A stretch of 63,334 nucleotides of DNA, counting the filler, from Bipalium vagum (taxonomy: Eukaryota), in the NCBI GenBank assembly GCA_037834085.1. It is 3 parts of 3 records of this genome, joined end to end, with 100 filler letters (N's around TTAATTAATTAA, not from the genome) between each part and the next. Parts side by side here need not be neighbours in the genome. Positions count along the whole stretch, not along the records: positions 16,178 to 41,284 come from JBBMKC010197164.1; 2 more parts are not named here. One strand, written 5' to 3'. The notes under the pieces are model-generated. The model did no database searches. It had not been told where the DNA came from and was given only the letters and a program-made list of their open reading frames with translations. Positions 26,503-38,545 of this stretch are shown here, in pieces (position 1 is the first letter of the stretch; each line of letters begins with the position of its first letter). The position numbers were made by a program, and so were the translations under genes.

Positions 26503-28046
26503 AAGTTCGGAAAAAGATCTAAAAATAATATCAATAACAGATAAAAAGAAAAAATATTAAAAAGTAAAAGCACGAACAAAACGCCTAAAGCATTTCAATT
26601 TGATATCGTGTCTCAATTCAGATGTCAAGGAATGAATAATCGATGCACTTTGGGGAAGCATTCACAATTAAGTGGGTACAGAGAAGTTTGAGATCATTCT
26701 CCTTTGTTTGTGTTGTAAAAAAAGAAATGAAAATTGACTTTGAAGAATTTATTGAGATTTTGAGAAATTTTGATAATAATAATAATAATGAAAAAAAATC
26801 TGCTAATTATTGATTATAGAAATAAATTAATAAATCAATAGTGAATTTAAAAGACTGTTATTGTTTTCTCAGATTAATTAAAGAATAATAATTAATATTT
26901 ATTATTGATTTATTTTATTAAAATTTAATTATAAATTTTTTGCATTTTTTTATCATTAATGTTAATCATTATTATAATTATTATTATTGATAGAGTCTAG
27001 AAAGAGATTATTCAAGCTTGATCGGAACCGAGTCCACAATACCCTCTGTTAATACTATTGGTAGAGTTATTTTATTAATATTGATTTTGTAAATGTTTTC
27101 ATTTGATTTTCAGAACCTTTACAGTCAAATGAATTTACGCCTCCAGATTCCGTGAACGACGCCCCAGGTTGGTTTGTGTTTTTGTTCTTTCTTAATATCA
27201 TTTCCGGGAATAATTCTCCCTAAAATTCATTTTTATATGACTTGCACTGCTGATCGTTATTAGTTATTGATATTCTGTCACATTCTATTGGTGTTTACAT
27301 TTTTTTGCAATATGAAATGTGCATTTCTTCATTCAATATATTCTATTAATTTTTATTCTCAGTTTGTGTCGTCTTTTGTTATTTTGTAATAGTGAAAGAT
27401 GTGCGATAAATGATCATAGTGAGAACCATTCTCCTGTGACCCTGCTACCAATTTTACTATATCAATATTATTATTGAATTATTATCAATGGTTTTCATTT
27501 GTTAATTTGATTTTTTCAAAATCAATTCATTGCAAATTGTAATTAATGACTTGACAATGTCAAGGTGAAAAAAAACCTCTCACTGAAAGGAATACGTCCA
27601 AACATATTAAATTTTTCCGCAGTCTCTCCTTGATAATATCTGAAAAAGAGAAAATAGAAGAAAAACTGATATTTGATTAAAGTCCTTTATCTTTTCTGAT
27701 TGAGCCCACATTTGTTATTTCAGATGAAATTCCTTTTCAAATCATGGACAACCCTCTTCCCGAATCGACAGATATCAGAATTCAGGACTCAGGTATTGCT
27801 ACATCATTTCACTTTTGAAATAGACAAATTATTTGTTTTTTTATCACCACAGTAATGTTGTTAACGGACTACGAGTGTTGTGATGTTGATCAGGATTTTG
27901 TGAAAAAGTTTGTAGATAACTTGATCGCAGATGCTCAACGAGAGACGATCCAGTCTTTCGAAAGTGATAGCAATTCAGATGCTGTTCAGATCAATGATCA
28001 AAGTTCTTTGCCTATTTACCATGTGCTCGGAGAGTATTCTGGGTAA
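22847..28046 (+). CDS. Gene B: 15-exon, about 641 aa uncharacterised protein with Asn/Asp-rich insert; weak RFX-like similarity in N-terminal third
   Basis: Exons 22847-22855, 22917-22971, 23004-23044, 23071-23131, 23230-23396, 23448-23552, 23616-23796, 23852-23936, 23989-24515, 24575-24633, 26086-26337, 26994-27060, 27114-27167, 27724-27792, 27853-28046. All 14 introns are GT-AG and phase-consistent (1926 nt total). The model joins ORF-track fragments 23139, 23625, 23978, 26092 and 27855. The first exons are least certain. Confidence 0.75.
23171..23226. repeat. (TTA)n microsatellite inside a gene B intron
   Basis: Explains the poly-Leu/poly-Asn ORF-track artefacts at 23129/23139. Confidence 0.9.
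26431..26500. repeat. (TTA)n microsatellite inside a gene B intron
   Basis: Perfect repeat. Confidence 0.9.
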
Positions 28047-29218
28047 TGTGATAATACTAATGGTGTTGAGGAAGTTGATGATATTTTATTATTTTCCTGT
28101 ATTTTTGTATGAAATTATTATTAGCTGATTTATAAAAAGTAATCAATAATAATCAAAGGACAAAGCATCAATGACGATTCTGAAGAAATAATAATTAATT
28201 TTCACATTTGTGTACATATGTTTACATTGATAATTTTTGAAATTTAATTTTAACACAAATGCTGATTGTTTCATAAGATTCGGTTCATGCACGTAATATC
28301 GAAACACTTTCTGTTTCTGCATTCTTTTTATATAAACCGTTTTGGAATTTCTTCTATTTTTCTTGGCAATATTTTCTGGATGGAATCAAAAACGGCAATG
28401 ACACAATGAAGATACAAAAAACCACTCTTATATTGTGGGGAAGTGAAATTCGTGTTAAAAATACTGATTGGGTTTTGTTGTTTTTGTTCTGTTTTATTTA
28501 TTATTTTTAGTATAAAACAATTAAGGACAAAAAGTATGTCTTACTGCTGGCAATAATATTTATTGAAAAGACCTTTGGTTAAATTTTTCTTCCAATGGTC
28601 AAAAAGTGAAGAGGTACTGTCAAAATAAAATAAATCTCATTTATATAGCAGTGAATTGTCGCAGTCGCCAATACGTTTTTAAGCCTAGATTTCTTTTTAT
28701 ATTAATATTTTAAGTCCGATAATCGAAATAGGCATTGGCTATGAATTTTATGCTGAATCCTACTGATCAACGGAAAAGTCAAGAAAAAATGTCAATAAGA
28801 TAAATGAATTTATTGTAAATTAAAACGAAACCTCTTTATTTTGCTTACCTTTTTGATCTATTGGGATTTCATTTTATTTCTCTGTATTCTTTGTAAATAT
28901 CGTAATGGTTTCAATGAACGATCTTCATAATAGACAGTATTTCAGTTTTTTGGATGGTGTTCAATAAATTTTATATTTATATATGTAGGAAGAAAAGGAA
29001 ATAGCAGAATTGCAAACCCATTAAATATACTATTTTTAAAACTATGTAAATGAAATATAAATAAAGTTAAATATTAATGTTTTAGAGTTCTATTAGTTTT
29101 TAGTACTTATTGAGAGTTGAAGGATAAAAAAATAAAATAGAGATTTGGTTTTTGAAACTTATAAAGTGGTTTCTTAGATGGTTCAGAATATTTTAAATTA
29201 TATGATATATAATAGCTA

Positions 29219-29830
29219 CAGTGGAACACGCTTAAATGGAGTCAGAACATTAGCTTTTTTCGCTTCACGCGAAATTAATTTTAAACTGTGAATTATTTTA
29301 AAAGATTAATATATTTCATTTTATTATTTGGCAGCATTATATTCAATATTTTGATTTAATAATCAGGTTACATTACTTGGGTTTTTATTGAAATATTCTT
29401 AAAGGTTCAAACTAAAATGATTGCTTAGCAAAAAGCATTATTATTAGAATAAAATGTTCAGTCATCGGATGAGGTGAATATAAGGAAGATATTTGCAGAA
29501 AAGTACATGATTCCTAATATAACTCTTTCGACAATATTGAAAAATATACAAAAAATAACATAAGCTTACTATAAATGGGAATTTGAAACGGTATGAAGAG
29601 GATGCACACCGCTAAAAATGTGATGTTGAAAAACCTATGCCAAAGATTTAAATGTAGATTTTAGGAGAGATACTGGAGACGTAGTAATATGTAAAGCCAT
29701 TTACGATGAATCCCGGTAATGTCGATGAAAATCTTATAAATGGCGGGAATTCTTACGCAGAATTTAAACAAAGATAAAACTAGATTATTTTTCTTTGTCT
29801 GCCAAAAAAGATACTATCCATTGAAGTTAT
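29219..29830 (+). mobile_element. Tigger/pogo remnant (CENP-B-type HTH)
   Basis: TA-cagtggaacacgcttaa terminus; KIFAEKYMIPNITLSTILKNIQKI and KRMHTAK...DVEK. Confidence 0.7.
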
Positions 29831-31582
29831 GGTGTTTAGAAGATGAAAACTGTTCAAAAAATTAAATAGAATATTTTCATCAAAGGGAAAATAATAACAC
29901 ATGAGTATACCTGCATAATGTTTTAAAAAGATAAACCATAAATTTTAGATATTTTTTAATTATTTCTCAATCAACTTTTGCATTATTATAACAATAAATA
30001 CGAAACCTACTTTATTTTATAAGTTTAAAATCATAAAATTTTATGTTTTTTAATAAATTAATTTATATAGGATTTTAATAAAATTGTTTTCTTTCAACTT
30101 TAATTTTAAAAATTAGTTAAATTTTGTTAAAAACTATAATTTTTAAAAGTAATTTACAAATAATTTTATTTTTTGAAGATATTAATTATAAAAGGTTACT
30201 GATGGAAATTCAGTTGGAAACATGAATTAAACTTGCCAATGAATAATAAATGGGTTTAAATATAACAAAGGAAGTAATTAAATGGTTTATGATATTTAGA
30301 CAGATATGAAATCCATTTTACTCATCCACTCAAATGTTTTTATAACATAAATTTTCGTTATATGATGAAAGTTTTACACATATAGCGACTTCAAATTCTA
30401 TAGAATATGTGATACATGTTTTATTCGTGTATTTGTTTTAGTTATTTGCACTTCCTTTTCTGATTATAAAACCATAAATAGATTTTGTATTATTTATCTT
30501 TGTATTTATAGTCGAGCTTAGTGTTGAATGAGGATTTAAGTTTCAAAATTGTTATTGTTACTTTAATAATTTCTGACTCCTAATTATCCGTCTACATGTG
30601 GTCTACTTATCTCTTGCATATGAGAATGACAAAAGGAATTTTTAAATATATTTTTCATAATTTCTAACATGATATATTATAGCTTAGTGATCAGTTTTAT
30701 CAGATGACAGTTTTTAAAATTAGAGATGATCTCAATCTACATTACGAAGAGTGTAGATAATCTTGAGCAAAATGCGAATCAGTTGACCAGTCCGCGGGAC
30801 TGCGGATGGCTGACTCAACAAAAAGATTTGAAAGATATTATTTGTCGGAATCAGAAATAAAGAAAAAAGACATAAATAACAATTGTCATTAACACAAGCA
30901 CATAACTCAGATAAAATAAAAATATCGTGTAAGTGAATTATTTTATTCACTAACAATTTTTGTAATTAATCGTCCAGAACTCAAATATTATTTCCCGTCT
31001 CTGTCTTTATAAAATAATTCTATTTTCTTCTTTTTATTTTTATTTCTAACACCTACGATCTGATAAACTAGTTATGAGATTTGATATTTTTTCTTCAGGG
31101 TGTTTGCACATTTCCTTGTGTAAATTGAACTCTTTTTAAATTAATTAATAGTCATTTTAATCTTTTGATCTTTTGAGTTTGAGTTTGTGAACTTATTTAT
31201 AAAACCTTGTAAAAAAAATTTTATTATAAAAAATAAAGTTTCAAAATATATTTTAATTTATTCATTGTGATCGGTATAGAACTTTCACTAATCAGAAATC
31301 AGATAAAAATAAAATCATCCCACGTCCACCAAAACTTAACGTATTTAAAAATCAGAAAAGTTAAATTATATTCGAATTCTGGACGATTAATTATAAAAAT
31401 TGTTAATGAAAATAATACACTTACTCTACTTATCTTTTGTAACAGAATTTACAATCTTCAAAAACTTGTGATACACTTTTTAATTTAGTAAACGTTATGA
31501 CAAACTTTTCAATTGATATCAGTTATCATAAAACAATGAGTGCAAATTGTGATTTTTTGTTTTGTATTTATGAAAGAAATGG

Positions 31583-31657
31583 AAATTGCAAACATGCAGC
31601 TATTAAATTGCAAACATGCAACTATTAAATTGCAAATATGCAACTATTGATTTGCAA
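31583..31657. repeat. 22-bp tandem repeat, about 3.4 copies
   Basis: aaattgcaaacatgcagctatt / aaattgcaaacatgcaactatt / aaattgcaaatatgcaactatt / gatttgcaa. Confidence 0.9.
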
Positions 31658-31659
31658 TA

Positions 31660-32771
31660 CCCTGTAATAGTTTGAATCCATCTATCGATAAGTTGTTGAA
31701 TCGTGCGTTGATACCAGTCTTTGAATTTGGTGCTGAAAATGTCTTGATACCCTTTTTCTACCTCATTAAAATTATTGAAACAGCACTCTCGCAGAAAATG
31801 TGCTATAGACCTGAAAAGATAATAGTCTAATGGCACGAGATCTGGACTGTAACTTGAATGTGGTATAAGTTCAATGGCACCAAATTCCTTTATTTTTTCC
31901 TTTGTTTTGTGCTGTTTGGCGTTATCGTTCTGTAGTAGTATTCTCTTTCGATTGCCCAATTCTGAATATTTTTCTTTTAACTTTGTGTACATCCTATCCA
32001 ACCGAGAGTAGTAGAGGTCTGCGTCAATTGTTTGTAAGAAGTTCGAAGTGGATCACGCCTTTGAAATTCCACCAAACGCATTATTATACTTTTTAGAGAA
32101 CTGTTCTCTCTTTGGTAAATGTTTTGGCAATTGTCCGGGGTCAAGTCATTGATTATGTTTGTTAGAGTTATATAGATAGACCCATCTTTAACCCGAGGTA
32201 ACAATTTGACGTATAAAACTGGCATTAAAAGGATTTGAAATCAGTTTTTGGTAAGTCTCCGTACGCAGTTTTATTTGATTTTCTGTCAGTTCGTGAGGAA
32301 TTTGTCGACAGCATCTGTTTACTCAATACATTGAATGAAGATGTCTAAGAACTGATTTCTTTGGAATACAGAGTTCGTCAGATAATCTTCAAGTACTGGT
32401 CGGTGGGTTAGCTTCAATTGCAAATTGCGTATACATCAGAAATCCGTGGTTATCGGCCTGACAGGTCGTTCTTGAATTGAAATAAAGTCCTCACCTTTCA
32501 CCTCACGTATCTTTTTGGCTGCTTGTGTTGCATTGACATTTTGTTTCCAATAATGTCTTAAAAGTACTTTAATTTCCAATTTATCCATATTTCTTCTAAA
32601 CGAATAAAAGCATATTTTACAATAATCTAATAAATGTTAATAAACCGTCTGATAAAGGAAGGTTTTATCTTCAAAATAATATATAATTGTACCGATTTAA
32701 ATATTTATATCAATAACAAAATTAATTTGAAATAGTAAAACAAAAATACGAAGACTTATGGACCACCCCAA
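31660..32771 (-). mobile_element. Mariner element, pseudogenised, 3' TIR missing
   Basis: 5' TIR rc TA-ttggggtggtccataagtcttcg. N-terminus MDKLEIKVLLRHYWKQN; ORF 31603..32001 has LLQNDNAKQH and HSSYSPDLVPLDYYLF. Confidence 0.9.
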
Positions 32772-32989
32772 TATTTTATCTATTGTCAGCATTATCTTAT
32801 GACAATTTGATATTATTTGGATATCTTAATGTGATAGTTTGTTCTTTATGTTAATTTCTTGATTTGACATTTGTACTTCATTGTAAAAGATTGTATTATT
32901 ATTCTACTCAATTACACATCCTCAAGTAATTGATTATTAGACTTATTGTCTGGGTGACTGAAGTCAAATATCTGGTAGCGGTACTACAA

Positions 32990-33500
32990 TTTTGTTGATG
33001 ATGACGAATTTAATATTTATGCTAAAAACAAAACGAAGGTCAAAGTGTGATCCTAACTATTTGATATGATAAGCAAAGAATGTCAAGTATCTAAATCGTA
33101 TATCACTATTGGTACTATGAACAAGACAATCTATTTTGAAGAAAGTATCTAAAAGCGTCTGGAACCTTTTTATTAACAAACTGAAACAAGATGATATTAT
33201 TTTCTATCCTGAAATGGCGAGTTCACATTATTCAAAAAAATTTTGCTATTAACTTGAAAAAATCGATTTTTAAAAGGAATAAAAATGCACTTGCCGTGGC
33301 TAATCAACGACCTATTACAAAATTTTGGGCCTTATGCTAATAGAAAGACTACAAGGAATTAAGCAATGTTTGTGATACTATTCGTAAATTTAAGAATTTT
33401 TGGTTGAAAATCTCAAGAAAAAGTGCAGAAAAAAGTGGTTCTAGGTTATTTTCAAACGTTAAACGTAATTTGTATATTTGAAGTCGTAAAGGTCTATGCA
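32990..33500 (+). mobile_element. ITmD37E-type (IS630/Tc1) transposase remnant
   Basis: DDDE, YITIGTMNKTIYFEESI*KRLEPF, FYPEMASSHYSK (FWPDLASxHY) and QRPITKFWAL (LRPIExFW). Confidence 0.75.
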
Positions 33501-34543
33501 ATTTTGCAGAACTATTTCTTTAAGACTCTTCTATAGTTTTTTCAGTATACTTATTTCAAATATTCGACATTAAACCTCGTACACCCTTTATTAGCCTGAA
33601 TTTGCGAAACATCTGAGTTAAACTTCGAGTTCAAAAATATTTTCTGGAAATGCTTAGGAACGGAAGAAATCATTTAATTCCAACTGCGTCATATTCTGTT
33701 GACGCAACCAAAAGATACCCAATGCCTCCGATACGTATCCTGTCGTTGTTGCTTTGATCGGACATCGAATTTTTTTATATTGATATTAATTATTCCATTT
33801 AATCAAAAATGAACAAATCCACAACTTTTACGTGAGACTTGTATTATTAATGAAATCCAAGAAGGTTTGGTGAAAAATATCATTGCGATAATAAAAAATC
33901 TCGTTTTAAATTATTAACATAAATCAATTTTAACAGTGACACTCAAAAATGAAAAAAATACTGAAATTAATCCGATCTCATTTTATTGCTCTCTACTTTT
34001 AAGCCATAATAATAATAATAATAATTATAATTCGTTTGTTTTATTTTTTTAACTTATTTCTTAATAATATTTTATAATATTAATTTTTCATCAGAAAATA
34101 TTTATAATAATAAATATTTGATAATTATAAATTTTTTTATAATAAAAATTTTTTAAAAAATAATATTTTAATAATCTTAATTTTTTATTAAAATAATATT
34201 TTTTATAATATTTTGTTTTTAAAAAATAATATTTTAATAATAATAATAATATTTTTTATTGAAAAGTATATTTTATAATTAATAATTTTTATAAAAAAAA
34301 TTTTTTTTAAATTGAAAAAATTAAAGAAAATTTTGAAAATATAAAAAATTTTTTTCTGTTGAAATTATTTATTTTTTCAATTATTATTATTAATTATTTA
34401 TTCGATCTAATCCCAGAAAGAATATTTTGACTTTCGATGCTTATAAACATTAACTAAAAACCTTTCAATGCAATATAAAGGAACTTTGATAGGATAACCA
34501 GGATCCAAATACGAAAGGAAGAATATATTGAAAACGTCAACCA

Positions 34544-35644
34544 ATGAAATTATTTTTTGTTTTAACGGATTCTTTTAAATCACTTGAAAATACAAATTCA
34601 CTCATTACATTATATTTTTCCATAATGACTTTATCGTTCATTAATAAAAACTTTAATGATTCACTGGAATTTTTTATATGTAGAGTGGTATTTGTTGGCT
34701 TGGGGATAATGGGAAATGTTATTCTTTTCAGTTTTTTGTGTCAGCAAAGAATCGGGTCCGCGAAAAGCAGCATTTTGGTTCGTTTGCAAACCACGGTGGA
34801 CATATTTGCCTTGATCGGCGTAATTCTAGCCATGTTTACCCACCAATCTCACATTTCCATAAACTATTACTGGATCACTGAGGTTTACTGTAAAGCATTT
34901 CACACAAATTATCTCTTTTGGTTTGCGGTGGTCTTCAGTACTTATATTCTTGTGCTGACATCTTTAGACCGCTTCATGGTGGTTGTTTTTCCATTTAAAT
35001 ATCGAGAGATAAAACTTCGAGAATATTACATAGCTATTGTTTGTACTTTTATTCTGACATTCACCCTTCTTCTACCGGTATTTTGGGAAACCTCAGTTCT
35101 CAAACTGAATAATACCTTTGATAATAACTTAGTACCAACTTACAGATGCCAGTTTCATTGGGAGATATCTGGTTTTTCACCCTTTTGGAAAGCTTTCTCG
35201 TACTTATGGCTCTCATTTAGCTATGTAATACCTTCATCCATAATGATTTTTCTCTATGCCAAAATAATTCACAGTCTCAATTCAAGCTCAAGTTTGGAAA
35301 ACGAGAAAACGACAACCATCAAACGACAAATTTCGATGAGGTTTACCATCTCATCCATCATCATATTCGTTTTCTACCTGATAACATACAGCATAGATTC
35401 CATTATCTACATCTTGAATATGATGGAAAAACTGGAGTTTAATGAGGCAAATAAATATTACTATTTTTGTAATATGCTTCTGGGGGTTAATGCTATGGTT
35501 AATCCTGTGGTCTATGTGATACTAATAAGCAATTTTAAGGTATTTGTTGTTAAGCTTGTCACATTTGGAAAGATAAGCTCGGCCTTAGAAGTCTCGAAGT
35601 TTGTTTCCTATCATCATTCACAATACCGGGTCGGTGAAAAATAA
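34544..35644 (+). CDS. Intronless rhodopsin-family (class A) GPCR, orphan/peptide-receptor-like
   Basis: 366-aa ORF with seven hydrophobic segments: GxxGN (TM1), D in TM2, YCK Cys before TM3, LDRF (DRY), ECL2 Cys, YVIP (TM5), NPVVY (TM7). The true start may be ATG 34625. Confidence 0.93.
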   Translation: MKLFFVLTDSFKSLENTNSLITLYFSIMTLSFINKNFNDSLEFFICRVVFVGLGIMGNVILFSFLCQQRIGSAKSSILVRLQTTVDIFALIGVILAMFTHQSHISINYYWITEVYCKAFHTNYLFWFAVVFSTYILVLTSLDRFMVVVFPFKYREIKLREYYIAIVCTFILTFTLLLPVFWETSVLKLNNTFDNNLVPTYRCQFHWEISGFSPFWKAFSYLWLSFSYVIPSSIMIFLYAKIIHSLNSSSSLENEKTTTIKRQISMRFTISSIIIFVFYLITYSIDSIIYILNMMEKLEFNEANKYYYFCNMLLGVNAMVNPVVYVILISNFKVFVVKLVTFGKISSALEVSKFVSYHHSQYRVGEK

Positions 35645-35903
35645 AATACATTACACTATTTTCGTACACCTTATATCATTATTAGATTCTTTTATTTTTT
35701 ATTAATGTGAACTTATTAAAGATTTTATTGCTAATTACCTGTTTGTATCGAAATAAAATTTTATAATTGCTCGTTTCGTATTTAGAATCAAATAAATATT
35801 TTTATTGTTGTATGGAGCGGCTGTCGATTTGATCATTTAAAACAAAAGGTCAAAATTTTCATTTTAGAAACATTTACTAATCGAAGTAGAAAAAATGGCA
35901 ATA

Positions 35904-36980
35904 CTAAGGTTTATCAAAAGTCTTTTCCTGTAATGGTATTTGTATCTTAGTTTTAATATTTCAAATAGATAATAAATTAATTAATACATTTGAATAAATC
36001 TATTTAAAGATTTTTTTATTGTAGGTTGTAATTTCATATATAAATAAAGGTTTTATTTATCTTTAGTTAGTATTTGTTTCAATATTCGGAGTGACAAAAA
36101 TCTACAATTCGAACCATTGTAAGATACTTATGCAGCTGAAGAAATATATTGATATTTGCACACAGGGTCTTATTGGTTTAAGCACTTTAACAATGGAAAT
36201 ATGTCGATATTGAATTAACCGCGTTTCGGCCGGAAACCCTTAGTGAAATACAAGGCTTTATATGCAAAGATAGTACATGATCCACATAAAAGCAAGAAAA
36301 TGTTATGTGCAGACTCTTAGACAATCGAAAGATATTATAAGGAGATACTTACACAAGTTTAGATTTTCAGGGAAGCACCAAAAGAAAATCCACATAAATT
36401 AACAATTTCACAAGATCATCACAGGATATTTATTTGTAAAAAATTGTTAGAAAATCCTCTTAATGATCGCTTCTGTAAATCATAACTCGGAAAAACTTAG
36501 TGGATATCTGCTATCAATAATAAGAATGCCAAAAAAGGATCGATTTGGAAAATAGATTTCTGTATGGTGGAATTGTCCATTTTGAACTGTCTCCTAGAAG
36601 TGTCTCAATGGATGCTGAGTTGTACGCAGAGCGGTTGGAATATTTCTATGATATTTTATCAAAATTTAATAAACAAAAAGCCCTCTGTTGAATCATGATA
36701 ATGCTCCCGTGAACTGAGTTCATTTGACCACAAATCAAATTCAGAAAATGAATAATGTGCAAGTACTTCCATATCCACTTTACAGTCCGAACGTGCTTTC
36801 AGACTTCGTCTTGTTTCGCTCTATGACTGCATTTTGTCTGGATCTGATGTTTGAAACAGTGGTAGAGGTCACACAGGTATTTTTTAACTTCAAAAACCAA
36901 GGAATGGAATTTTCACCAGATTAGTAAGTTATCAGAGAGATAACTTAAGGTCATTGAAACTTTAGGTTTATTCATTTTGC
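35904..36980 (+). mobile_element. Decayed mariner element
   Basis: TA-ctaaggtttatcaaaagtcttttcctg end; relics RFGRKP, EIPHKLT, NHDNAP and VLPYPLYSPNVLSDFVLFRSM (ORF 36724). Confidence 0.85.
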
Positions 36981-37719
36981 ATTTCGGAAATATTCTAATA
37001 TTTTGGTAAAAAAAACATATGGAAATGTAACATTGGAAAATGACTCAATGAAAGATGATTTTTTTAAGTCAAGGATTCCAACAGCTGACAGTCAGGTAGG
37101 AGAAAATAATATCAAACGATGGAAATTCTTTGATTAATGTACATGCACTTGTCTTTTTAATAATAAAGTTTTTTATTATTAAAAAATGGGCCTCAAATAA
37201 ACGTTCTACAGTAAAAATATTGAAAATGAATAGTGAATTTTATGGATCTTTATCACTAAACTGAAGCTTCTTTTTCAATTCTTTCACTTTAGAACGTATT
37301 TTTCTTCAATGAATATCAAGAAGAAAAGATAAGTGAAAATTTGATGGTGACAGATTTGACTGTCATCTTGATTTTTTTTGATTTTCTGATAAACTTAATC
37401 ACGCGCCATAGTTAAATGTTTAAATTATTAAAACAAACTGACTTAATTTTTATCAAATTCCTCGCCAGTATTAACTAAATATATTTAATTATAAAATTAT
37501 TCGACATTTGCCCAATTTTATTATTATTTCCAAACAATTTACGTAAACGAATTAAATTTACGAAAAAAAGAAATAAATAAATATATTTTCTTATTTGTTA
37601 TCATTATGTCAATAACCAACACGTTTGATTTACAGCAGAGATTGTGACAGTGTTATTGTTCTTACGTCCATTAATCATTTAAGAGAAATAAATTATAAAT
37701 TAATTATTATTTATTTTTA

Positions 37720-38545
37720 TGGTAAATGGACTTGTGGAGGTTTACTGATAGCGTAAATTATCCAAAATGTTGTCTCACTCAAAATCAATATGCACGGTAT
37801 TCCAAAAGAAGCTTTACTACTTTGAATCCAGTGTTTGGTGGATAATACGTGACGATTTTCATTTAAAAGCCTATAAGATTACCTAAGTGTAGTAACTTAA
37901 AGACTCAGATCATCAAAAGACTCATTACTGCAATTGGTTGTTAGACCAATTTGTTAAGGATTCTGATTTTTGACAAAAATTTCTGACCGATGAAGCTTGC
38001 TTTTATTTGAATGGAGTAATAGTTGACAAACAAATTTGTCTAATTTGAGCAACACAGCAACCATGTTTTAAAGGCATTAATTTCACAAAAAATAACTGCA
38101 TAGTGAGAAATATGGACAAGAGATGCAATTGGTCCATACTTTTTCAAAGATGTTGCACGTAAGACAGTTTCGGTGAATGAAAACCGATTTCAAAAAAGAA
38201 TCAAAGCATTTTTGTAGTCTTATCTAATTGATTTAAATGTTGAGGATATTTACTTTCAGCAAGATGGTGCTACATTCTATACAAATGGTAAAGCAGTTGC
38301 ATTATTGCAAGAAAATTTTCCATCTCATTTAATCTCCCTTTTCGATGATTTTGACTGGCCTAAATTGTGATTTTATGAATATCTTAAAGATAAAGTCTAT
38401 GCAAATCGCTCAACAACAATTAGAAAACTGAAACAACATTTCTGCACAAATCGCTATGATTTCAACGGATTGATGAGAAAATGTTATGCAACATGCCATG
38501 AAAAGAACCAAAAATTTTAGGGCTTCCAGAGGCGGTCATCATTTT
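37720..38545 (+). mobile_element. rosa/DD41D-type transposase remnant
   Basis: TDEACFYLNG...DKQIC (SDEAHFHLNGYVNKQNC), IGPYFF, YFQQDGAT, DFDWP, YLKDKVYAN, SRGGH. Confidence 0.85.

Noticed and set aside
31583-31657. CRISPR-like array
   Set aside because: Head-to-tail repeats with no spacers, eukaryotic context, no cas genes.
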